From Chrysomallon squamiferum (Eukaryota; Animalia; Mollusca), in contig CM022665.1 of NCBI GenBank assembly GCA_012295275.1, positions 46,934,001 through 46,998,000 of the forward strand: a stretch of 64,000 nt of DNA, read 5' to 3'. Below, in pieces: positions 25,701 through 52,165 of the stretch; within the stretch, counting starts at the first letter, position 1; every line of letters begins with the position of its first letter. Below the pieces are notes generated by a model that was given only the letters and a program-made list of their open reading frames with translations, did not search any database and had not been told where the DNA came from. The position numbers and the translations under genes are program-made.

Positions 25701-27708
25701 GTCATCATCTGATCAGGGCAAAGAGAAGAGACTGGTTAGACAGTATTTCATTCCTGGCTGGGAGGACTACAGCGCCAACCTGACACCAGAAGATGTCATA
25801 AACTTTATTCAGACAATTCGTAGAGAAATTCAACCCAATTCTGACTTTGGACCTATTGTAGTTCACTGCAGGTTAGTGATTTAGTATGTTAACCTTTTAC
25901 TTTTCTATGAAAATTAGCATTTAATGTTTAGTACATCCATCTGTACTTTTATGATTTAGAATTTAAAGTTCTAAAGGTTTTCAGTTTTAACTGCTTGTCA
26001 ACTCTTGTAATTAATTATTTATGAGTGATCCTTTCAACTGAAGAATGAAACAGCTATGTGCATTATCCACAAGTATTTGTTTGGTAAACTGGGAGTCACC
26101 AATAGCACAGAATTATTTAAATGCTGGATGTATTAATATATTGTCATTAATTATCTGGTATTGATACATCTGTAGTAACACATGAAAAAAAAAAAAAAAA
26201 AAATTGAACTTAAAGGGTATAATGCTAGAACTGAAAAATATTTTAGCAAATTAATACAAGATTACTACAGTGCTAGACATAAATCAGTAAATATATAAAA
26301 AAAAAATATCACTAAACATATTGTTACAGTAATGATAATAATGGTTACTGTGACTTGTCTAGATATGGATCTACATGTTTGAATAAACATCAAACCAGAA
26401 TAACACTAAACTTACTAGTGCTAGTGTTGGAAACATGTAAAAGATAATTATAAATAAATGTACTGTTACTTAGAGTGCTGTAAACATGCAACAGATAATT
26501 ATAAATAAATATACTGTTACTTACAGTGCTGGTGTTGTAAACATCATACAGATAATTATAAATAAATATACTGATGTCTTCCAGTGCTGGGTTGATGAAC
26601 ATGGACTAATTATAAATAAATATGACTGTTTTACAGTATGTTCTAGAAAAAGATAATTATAAATAAATATACAACATGCTGGTGTTGGAAATCTGGGACT
26701 TTCATAAATGTTTATGTCTTCAAGCACTGGGTTGATGAACATGGACTTGATGATTTCATTTTAAACTGTTCTTGTAATGATATCCAATCCTTACAACTCT
26801 ATTTGTATACAAACTTATCAGAGGTAAATAAATGTTTTATTTTAAAATGTATTTAACAAAGATTTCATTTTAAAATCTGAAATTTGTAATTATATCCATA
26901 TCCTTTTAAAAGTCTTATTTGAATAAAAAATTATCATTTAGAACTTACTATTTTATTTTAAAATTGTATTTAATCAAAGAAATAATATTGAATAACTGCA
27001 GTATAAAAATACTCTACTAGAGTGATGGTTTGTTTTACATAACTGCAGCATAATTAGTTTTAGATATTGGATTTTTCTTCAGTTTTCTTTAATATAATTA
27101 ATGTAACTTTTTGAAATTTAGAAACAGTACATCTTCATCCATGACACTCTGAATGAAATGATAGAAAAGAGGAAGAGTGTTCTGTGTCCACCTGCAGAAA
27201 ACATCTATGAAAACAGAGATATGTTTGATAAAAATGCATTTCGTAAGCACTTCTTCACATTATGAAGTTTTTCTTGTTTTTGTTTTTAAAATTAAAATAA
27301 TTGTAACCCTCCTTCCAACAATTTTAGTTGTTAGCTAATACCAAATATGAACTGTACTGAAAGTTTTTGTTCTCAGTACTAAAACCAACAGCAACATAAA
27401 TATATATATATATGTATATACACACACACACATATACATATATATATATATATGTATATGAAATAATAATAAAAATTAAAAGAAAGAAAGAAAAAAAAAA
27501 GAAAAAAGAAAAACTGAAAAACACAAATAATAAAGCAAAATTTAAAAACTAAAATGTAAATAAATCTTCATTTCATCTGATTATGATTAGAATTAATGAT
27601 GTTGCTATTACTGTTGTTATTGTTGATTTTATTTTTTTTTTTTCAGAAGCTGAAGAGGAAAATGTTTATCAGAATGTCACACTTTCCTCTGGATTGACAA
27701 TGATGTAA
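2853..27708 (+). CDS. Gene A: receptor-type protein tyrosine phosphatase, single PTP domain (R3/PTP10D-like), with 6 EGF-like/EB modules and about 11 FN3 domains; P-loop exon disrupted as assembled
   Basis: Hand-spliced GT-AG exons with consistent phases: 2853-2906 (signal MLSGLISVIAVTLLCCIQ), 5142-5271, 6121-6252, 7317-7589, 7838-7969, 8235-8519, 9136-9267, 10324-10596, 10831-10962, 11229-11513, 11928-12065, 12437-12715, 13381-13674, 13955-14233, 14525-14818, 15770-15957, 16629-16830, 17160-17330, 17666-17797, 18215-18357, 18592-18696, 19135-19198, 19545-19700, 19929-20054, 20604-20697, 21219-21289, 21657-21759 (TM), 22361-22426, 22916-22997, 23405-23495, 23857-23948, 24287-24421, 24842-24967, 25717-25871, ~26677-26823 (damaged), 27122-27242, 27647-27708 (TAA). 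PTP motifs read directly: [56 protein letters not shown]. Confidence 0.9.
5142..12065 (+). CDS. Gene A N-terminal ectodomain exons: alternating EGF-like/EB and FN3 modules
   Basis: Six ~130-138 nt exons with a Cx5Cx6-7Cx4-7CxCx10-12C pattern (e.g. CETTDNCTVDNSFCNNSVCQCSDGYYQQNTTC). They are interleaved with four 273-285 nt FN3 exons (e.g. VTW..YRISW..LKAGTEYTVTV). All after the first are phase 1-1. Confidence 0.88.
5776..11587 (+). repeat. Tandem duplication of a ~3.0 kb, four-exon cassette (EB-FN3-EB-FN3) within gene A
   Basis: ~5776-8590 aligns by eye with ~8790-11587, introns included (e.g. attctagcaattgcttagaattattactttt at 5817 and 8831). Exon pairs are 6121/9136, 7317/10324, 7838/10831 and 8235/11229. 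Confidence 0.92.
12437..14818 (+). repeat. Older duplication of a two-FN3 exon pair within gene A
   Basis: Exons 12437/13955 (both 279 nt, S(E/D)LKPE...SQRT) and 13381/14525 (both 294 nt, PDTPGPFDEEKSNLTAP) are paralogous; their introns are largely diverged. Confidence 0.85.
13008..13253. repeat. Intronic ~122 bp direct tandem duplication
   Basis: aaaaaggagcattgtaaaa...gatttcactacctgaaaa is present twice back to back. Confidence 0.85.
19545..21759 (+). CDS. Gene A juxtamembrane region and transmembrane helix
   Basis: Exons encode SRRKR, NW...PYRAT, FCNGPLPDGPKY, FACTKGGC and the TM segment GLFTGLIIAIVVITVLVIVIIILI followed by KNRK. An NGPL-type motif is typical of the membrane-proximal region of receptor PTPs. 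Confidence 0.88.
22916..27242 (+). CDS. Gene A cytoplasmic tyrosine phosphatase domain exons
   Basis: RPITMVGFKEHLETLHRDSNLLFTREYE | DL..[12 protein letters not shown] | [17 protein letters not shown] | [29 protein letters not shown]..IVML | KYWP | GWEDY..GPIVVHCS | damaged AGVG(R)SGTFI | KQYIFIHDTL. No second (D2) PTP domain occurs before the stop codon. Confidence 0.93.
25030..25670. repeat. Diverged ~330 bp intronic tandem duplication
   Basis: tatttatctttgca, aaactgaaggaattaat.ttggctctgtaac, tttctatcctaaaaatg and aaagacttca recur in the same order about 330-340 bp apart. Confidence 0.7.
26410..26760 (+). repeat. Degenerate ~50-60 bp tandem array overlapping the acceptor and start of the P-loop exon
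   Basis: About five copies of taattataaataaat alternate with variants of agtgctggtgttg; tgggttgatgaacatggact occurs twice (~26588 and ~26728). Confidence 0.8.
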
Positions 27709-29642
27709 CAGCTAACTAGCACAGAAACTGCACTGTCAAGATTTTTCATCAACAAAACAAACAAAAGGATAAATTAATAGAAAAAAATAAAAGCCATACA
27801 ACTTTAATCAGAAATAAAACCATCAGAATTACAACTAAAGTTATATCTATAACAAAATGTGCTTTTTTTATTTCAGCAGTTATGTAATATAATGTTTGCA
27901 TTAAATTTTATTACGAAAAGAAGATAAATGTTATCTCAGCTGGTTAATGTTATGACAAATGCAAACTTTTTAAATGAAGCTAGAGAAATTGTAGCAACTT
28001 TTACATTAATAGAGATTTGATAATTTTCTGGGTGCCATCATTATGGTCTGTCTAAGATTTGTATTAATTCAGCATTAAAATTATAATCTCTAACCACTTC
28101 TCTTAATGAAATAATTTTTTCATTTAATTAATTGTGTAACAAGAACATTAAGAGTAAAATACCATTTTAATAATTTAATTTTTTTAATATATAACCCTAT
28201 TATTGTATGTACTTATCCTAAATATTTAATTCCTTATCATTTTGTTTTCGTTACAGTCATTCCAATCACAGTATTTTAATCTATGCAAATATATTTTCTA
28301 TATTTCTAAAGTTGTTTTACGCTTGATATATTTACTTGTATATAATTTTCTGTCTAATACATATATACATTTTTTTATTTATTAACTTACATATTTATTT
28401 ATTTTTGTATAAATGCATCCATTGTTGTTATTTTTCATTTTACAAATTTGTTCCTAAAATATAGTTCACATAATAGTAATTTACTTTATGTGGTTTAATC
28501 AAATTATGAGAAAACAATTATGTATTATATATATTATATTTTTATGTGAAATATAGTTAATAATAATATATATATTTTTTGGTTCTCAGAAAGTTCAGCC
28601 AACTATTTCTGGATCATTTTAAAATACAATTTTGTTATAAACATTTTGTAATTATTTTTTGCATCCTGTGTTAAATTATTTTGTAGAGATGTAGTTTTAC
28701 ATTTCCAAATAATTGTTCATAATTCATTTTCTATATTATGATGTGTTAATTTGTGTTAGTTAATAATTTGTTTTCTGTGAGTATATTTTGTATAGAGTCT
28801 GATTTGTTTTTAAGTGCTAATACAAACAAGTCAAATAGTCAAAAAAAAAAAAAAAGAAAGAAATAAAAAAGAAAAACTCATTATTTTTTATATTAATAAA
28901 ATGTTTAATATTTTAAAAAATATGCATCATTTTTTGTTTACAAATAAACCAGAATTTAAAATCAACGAAGACTGAAATGTAACAGTTGAACTGTTTATTT
29001 ATGAACTTTTTTATTTTTAGATATAACTAATTGAGAACAGTGATTTTTGATGTTATATACACTGTTACAGCGACACATTCTTGTACCCCATTACTATGTA
29101 AGGCTATTTCCTTAATAAATAATCACCGAAAAAAAAAATCTTTTGTTGGTTTGTTTATATGAATTATACACATTATATCACACTAAAAATACGCTTAGTG
29201 AAACTCGGAAACTCTAAAGACTGTCACAAATTTACACAATATATCGTTTATTAATAATATTATTATCATTAAAATATTAATTTTGGTAGGAAAGGTAAAT
29301 AGGCATTTATACAAACCTAATGACCTGTTTAATTGTTTTTTCCACACGTCTGTAGTTAGGAAAATATTTCCTAAGATTAACGTCTGCGGCGTTCTTTAGT
29401 TTGGCCATAATTTGTAATTCGACGCCGCAGAAAGTTCTGGAAACCAAATTACTGTCAGTGGAAACAGTCTAAGAATATAGTGCATTTCTAAAGGCGTGTT
29501 ATTTTTATTATTATTTATTTGTTTTGAATTCTTTGTTTAATCAAAGCAGCGTTTGCTACAATAGATCATTTGAAAAAAAAAATTAATTGTTATATAGGGC
29601 ACTATGTGAATTTCGCCCCAAAGTCGTTTAGATCTAAAACAG

Positions 29643-30125
29643 AAAGACGATTTCGCAGAAACATCCGCTCTACAGATGACTACAATTCCTACCCAAACTG
29701 GTACATTTCAAATCTTACTGATTTCAAACTTCCATACAGAGCTACAAACGACAGCTGGATTAATAAAGGTAAATTATGTCTATTAAGAAAGACACTAAAC
29801 GATCGATTGATTGACTGATTGCGTGATTGAGCGTTTGGCTGGTAGACTTACTGACTAATTGACTGACTGGTTGATTGATTGATTGATTCATTCGTTTATT
29901 CAGTCATTCACAGGCATACTGTTATTAACATTGTTAATGTTGTTTTCATCATCATCAACATTATCATCATCATCATCATCATCATTTTATTAGTATTTTT
30001 ATTTTTATTCTTATTATTGTTACATTTGTTAATGTTATCGCTATTGTTATTATTTTTGATATTCTTGTTATCATCATCATCTTCATCATCATTATGATTA
30101 TGACGATGATTATTATTATTATTTT
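29643..30125 (+). pseudogene. Orphan inverted copy of gene B exon 12 plus its downstream intron
   Basis: Encodes RRFRRNIRSTDDYNSYPNWYISNLTDFKLPYRATNDSWINK with a donor at 29769, nearly identical to the minus-strand exon 34842-34991. The following intron sequence also matches ~34445-34840. No neighbouring exons were found. Confidence 0.85.
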
Positions 30126-32169
30126 GAACCCGATAGGTTTGCTTATAATGATATTATGCAATACAATATTATTTTATTTAGTCTCGAGGTTTGCAGAAAT
30201 TTCTATTGTCCTTGTGTAATTTCGTACTATATCGTATAGGTAGGTGTAGTCGTGTGGGACATTTGTTCATGCTTCCGGTTGCGATAAAACGGCCTCAGTT
30301 TTATCCATCTGTGATAACAATTGCGATAGTAATTATTAATTATAATCGAGCATACTGTTACATTGTTTACTTGTGTTCAAGTTTCTGTTTACAGAAAATA
30401 TAATGTGGATATTAAATGCTTACGAATTTTAATAAATGAAGAATATGATACTTACGTAAGATGGGAATTATAATTTAAATTAAAACATGAATTTATCAAG
30501 TCGGAATTTGCCCGATATTTCGAATTAAGTAACGCTGATAATATCCATTTATTAACCTCCAGGTGAATATAATTAAAGACTTTTCAGTCATTTGTAACTG
30601 AACCATGTCGGGCAGACAGCATATCCAAACAATTTTCTTATTTACCACATTTTTCATTTAACAGTCGATTTGCGTGAATTTATGAGGGAATATTTACGAA
30701 ATTAAATAAATAAATAAAAGAAAAGAAAAGAAAAGAAAATAAATAAATAAAAGAAAAGAAAAGAAGGAAAACAGAAAATAATAAACTATTAAATAAAGAA
30801 CAATAATATAAAAAAAAATAAGAAAATAATTTTCGAAAATACAACCAGTATCCATTATTAAATCTCTCTCTCTCTCTCATACACACAGTTTAAAACCAAT
30901 TAAAAATATAAAAACCTTTATTTATAAATGTTCCACAGTAACTCGTCCAAAATACACAACTACTGTAAATATTGTTTAAATTATATATTAACATAAAAAA
31001 AAAAATATATATATATTTTGTTGATATGTAAATGAAATAAAAAACATATTTATTGTAATATTTCTGTTTTGCATAACTGTTTTCCTATATTAAGTATATG
31101 TATTATACATATAGAGACAAATAGACTTGTAAAGGTAAAAATGTAATATCCAAATGATAAAAAAGAATACTGCATGTACAAATATCTAATCTATGTGAAG
31201 GCAGATAAGATTTCTAATTTTTTAAAAAACATAATTCATTCAGTCATTAAGAAAATACAAAAGGAATACTGAAAATTTAGACTGATTCAAAGAGACCAAG
31301 TGATAGATATTTATATATCATTAAACACTTAATGTAACTTAATAATCTAGAAAAAAAAGGAGATTATTTGGATAGCAGTTTATAATTTTGTTTGACAAAA
31401 ATACTGATATTTCTTGCATATAAAAAGTACCTCTAGATTAATTACAAATACTGCAATATATACTTTAAAAAAAAAAAATATTGTTCTGTTTACTAATGAT
31501 GTATCCCACTTCTTTCTGGAAAATTCCTTCAAAGATCTTGCACTACGACAGCCTTTCTCAGTGAAAGAAGTGATTGTCAAGCTGACCATTTTAGATGTGA
31601 TGTGATGAAAATCAAGACTAAAAGGAATAAAATATATTTTTGTTCAAGTCTCTGTACTTTTGTCTATTTACACATCAGCCAGACTAAATTCCCAGATGAC
31701 GCTTGACTGACAGATGCAGTGCTCTCAATGACGTCATGCGAAGCAGTATTGGAAATTTCAATATCTACTTTGGTGATTAGCTTTACGTAAAACGTACTAG
31801 AGATAGCACCTTGAAATTATAGTCAATAAGGGATTTTTGAGATATAAAGTCTGTTTTTTTTTTGATGTTGCCTATCCGATATATACTCTAGAATATTAAC
31901 AACTGCCACATGCTTTCTGAGTAGAATATTCAGGGTCAAAAACAATCTAAAAGCTATAATAATTCAGATAAATCAGCATCTAAAAAAATATAAATATTCA
32001 GGCTTATAAACAGAAAAGGTAGGAATAAAACGAATAAACTATTTTTTATATGAATTATATATTTATAATTAATATCAATATCTGAAACTACTTCTTAATA
32101 TCTTGTCTATGTTTCCTAATTGCAGCGTGAGACCAAACTGCTTCCCGTTTTATAAAATGAATTTCAAGA

Positions 32170-49139
<16,970 letters not shown>

Positions 49140-49469
49140 GTTGGTGATTTTTACTTCTTAACCTGACCACTTCCCTCACGCATGGATTGAAATATAGGAT
49201 TTTAGAGACGTACTAGTTAAAAGTCGTTTGATTATCAAGATATACGACAAAGAAAAACATCAAGTTCTCGTTTCTCTATTCAGACGAACGAAACACTTCC
49301 TCGTTCGGAGGGTTTTCAGTCAGTACCCACGTGACCAAGATAAGACATATTTAAATATCTAAAGTCGTGACATGTTTTATTACATTTTGTCTGAATATTA
49401 AGTCAGCTTTGCTTTCTCAGATTTGTGTCTTTAGTTCTAGTTTAAAATGAATCGTCTATTAAGTCACTG

Positions 49470-49514
<45 letters not shown>

Positions 49515-49613
49515 CAATTGACTACGTACGTTTGTTGGAATTAAAAAATTTCATAATTACTCTGGAATCATAGTAACGTCTTTGTTTGTATGACAGGTTA
49601 GCTGTCTTTTATA

Positions 49614-49644
<31 letters not shown>

Positions 49645-50242
49645 AAAGTGTTTCCCAGGCCTGATAAAAATCTTAAACATTTTGTGCATGGAGGTATGAC
49701 TGAAACGCATGTTAACCTATTTACCAGCAAACGAAGAGAGAGAGGATCAGATAGCGTTATGACCTGAAGTTATTTAGACAGCAGTAACCTGCAGTACACG
49801 AGAGATATACGCTGATACTTTGTCACGGATCTCGCAACGCAGCTAAGAACTGCTGTCTCACTTACAGTGAGTGACTAACACAACAGGTCACTCACTGGTA
49901 GACGACGTTTGGGTGCTTTTGTTATCTTGGTCACGTGGGATGTGTCGGGGGGACACCCACTTTTCAGAATGAGGAAGTAAAAACAAGTGGTTCTGCAGGT
50001 CGTATGATAAAGCCAGCCGACGTTGACGAGTATAAGTCTTCCTAAAAGTTCATTTTTATTTCTCTATTTATTTCTTGTTGTTGTTTCAAAAAGAAGAGTG
50101 TTCGTGTACTTTTTTGTTTGTTTGTTAATTCGTTATAAAGTACTTTTGTGACGCCCACAGGAAAACTTGTTGATAGCAGAATGTCAGAGTAAATCCGCTA
50201 AGTACAGGTTTGAACAAATTGTAATACACAGTTATCGGCGCC
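49140..50242. promoter_or_regulatory. Divergent (head-to-head) promoter interval of genes B and C with mirrored GATA/E-box/ETS modules
   Basis: The two ATGs are 1.1 kb apart. TTATCTTGGTCACGTGGG occurs at 49922-49939 (+) and 49343-49326 (-). Each copy is followed by GAGGAAGT (49971-49978 +; 49302-49295 -). Confidence 0.65.
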
Positions 50243-52026
50243 ATGTTTAGTTCAAAATCAGTTCTACCTGGATTGTTCTGTGTCACTGCTCTCATCCTCA
50301 CCTGCGGCATTCAGGTAAAATATTTTTAGTTTTTATTATTGTCAAATTTGACTCCATTTTTAAAACAGGTTTTGTTTTGCTCGGATGAAGATCGGGCAAT
50401 GTTAAATAAGTCAAGACACAGAAAACGTTTGTGTGTAACCAACGATTCAAGTACATGTGTAATGGTCATGACCTCTGAATGAGTAGTGTGCATAGTATAA
50501 TGTTCACTAAACTAGCGTCAAGTGTGTATTATATAAAATCCTCAGTGTATACATTAACATAATAATCGCACTCGAAATAATACCAGTTTTTATCCTCATT
50601 ATAGTATTCGTTTGTGTTAAGCCATTAGTTTGTATTACAGCAACACACACACACACACACACAGACAAACACACACAAACACACATGCATGTAGATACGT
50701 ACATAATCTTATCACATTATTAATAGATCTAGTTTCAAAAGTACCGATTCTTTTCATAAAAACAACGTTTTAAACACGAAACTTTTCGTTCAGACAGACA
50801 CGATTCACAAGGTTTTCTCAACAATTTTGTTCCGGGTTACGAAAAATACTTCGTAAATTATTCAAAATGTACAGGTTATTTTACAGTTACACACATTTAA
50901 CAAAAGATCAATAACAACAACAACAACAACAGTAGCAAGATCAATATAAAAATTAAAAAAAAAAAACCCACTAAATGTTCTCATTTTCAAAAAAAGTAGG
51001 TTACATATTTTGTTAGGAGTATTTATTATTTACGTTTTTAAAGAAACAGAAACACAAGTCACTGCTTAGTTACATGATAAAACAGGACCTACTTCATTTG
51101 TCAACATATATCTGGAAACTAACTGTTCAAACAAGGTAATCTCGATGTCGGTATGACCATTTCCCAGTATCGAGAAACAAACAAACAGGACAAGAAATAA
51201 ATTTAACAAGAATAATAATAATAATAGAAGATATTTCACATCTATGTAGATATAACACTAATCAAAAATTCGTGATCACTTTAGCTGTTGAAACGTTTAC
51301 TTATTCTCTGCTCAATTTTTATTTTACTCTACAGAATCGTTCAGTGTCGCGAACTAATCGTTACCGTGTTCCTTTACTGTTTTAGTTTCCTGTTTATGAA
51401 CTGGTATAGAGTCAGACACTTTTATTAGCTAGCCTTTGACAGGTTTCTGGAAATTAACATTAATTTGTTTATTTTCTTATGTAATTATACTTCTATGTTT
51501 TACTTTTTTAACGCTTATACTAAAGTATCTTATAAACAAAACAAAACAAAAACATACAACCCCACCCCCAAACAATCTTTCCTTAATGAATTAACATCGT
51601 TTTTATATGATCTTCTTCAATTAGACATTGTTGCAACAGAGGCAACAAAATTGATAAGTCGATGCCTTTTCTATTATTCTGTTATCTGCATCCCCGTCAC
51701 CACTCCACAACAAACTTTATGACTGCAAAAAATTCTTCTCGGAGGGACCTACAGCATGTACCCTCCATTGGTTTCACCCTCACACCCTCGCTGTTTTTAT
51801 CGTACCCCAAGTTCCTAAAACCCATTCCAACCAATGACTGTAATAAATCCGAATAAAATGAACAAGGAAGTGCGTCCCATTGTGCAAGAATAGTGAAGGG
51901 CGTGTCTTGTTAAACGTATTCAGCTCTTTGTCACTAACACTGATATGTGATATGAACTTCAGGTCACCTATGTGCAGTTCAAAGCGGATTATGTCATAGA
52001 ATTGTTTTAGAAATAAAAAATAAAAA

Positions 52027-52090
<64 letters not shown>

Positions 52091-52118
52091 TAACAACTAT
52101 TATTATTATTATTATTAT

Positions 52119-52165
<47 letters not shown>

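Noticed and set aside
26410-26760. Repeat-spacer-like pattern resembling a CRISPR array
   Set aside because: The context is a eukaryotic intron/exon, the repeats are degenerate, the spacers are related to each other and to the PTP exon, and no cas genes are present.
2853-27708. Assigning a specific gene symbol (PTPRB, PTPRJ, PTPRQ, Ptp10D)
   Set aside because: The family is clear but orthology cannot be determined without a phylogeny; the gene looks like a lineage-specific paralogue.
29383-29431. 10-bp inverted repeat (tctgcggcgt/acgccgcaga) upstream of the orphan exon, suggesting transposon-mediated exon capture
   Set aside because: No element termini, target-site duplication or Helitron end could be defined; too short to support the claim.
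51640-52010. GC-richer stretch in gene C intron 1, possibly a retroelement remnant
   Set aside because: I could not recognise reverse transcriptase, endonuclease or transposase motifs in the frames I read; a RepeatMasker or tblastx search is needed.
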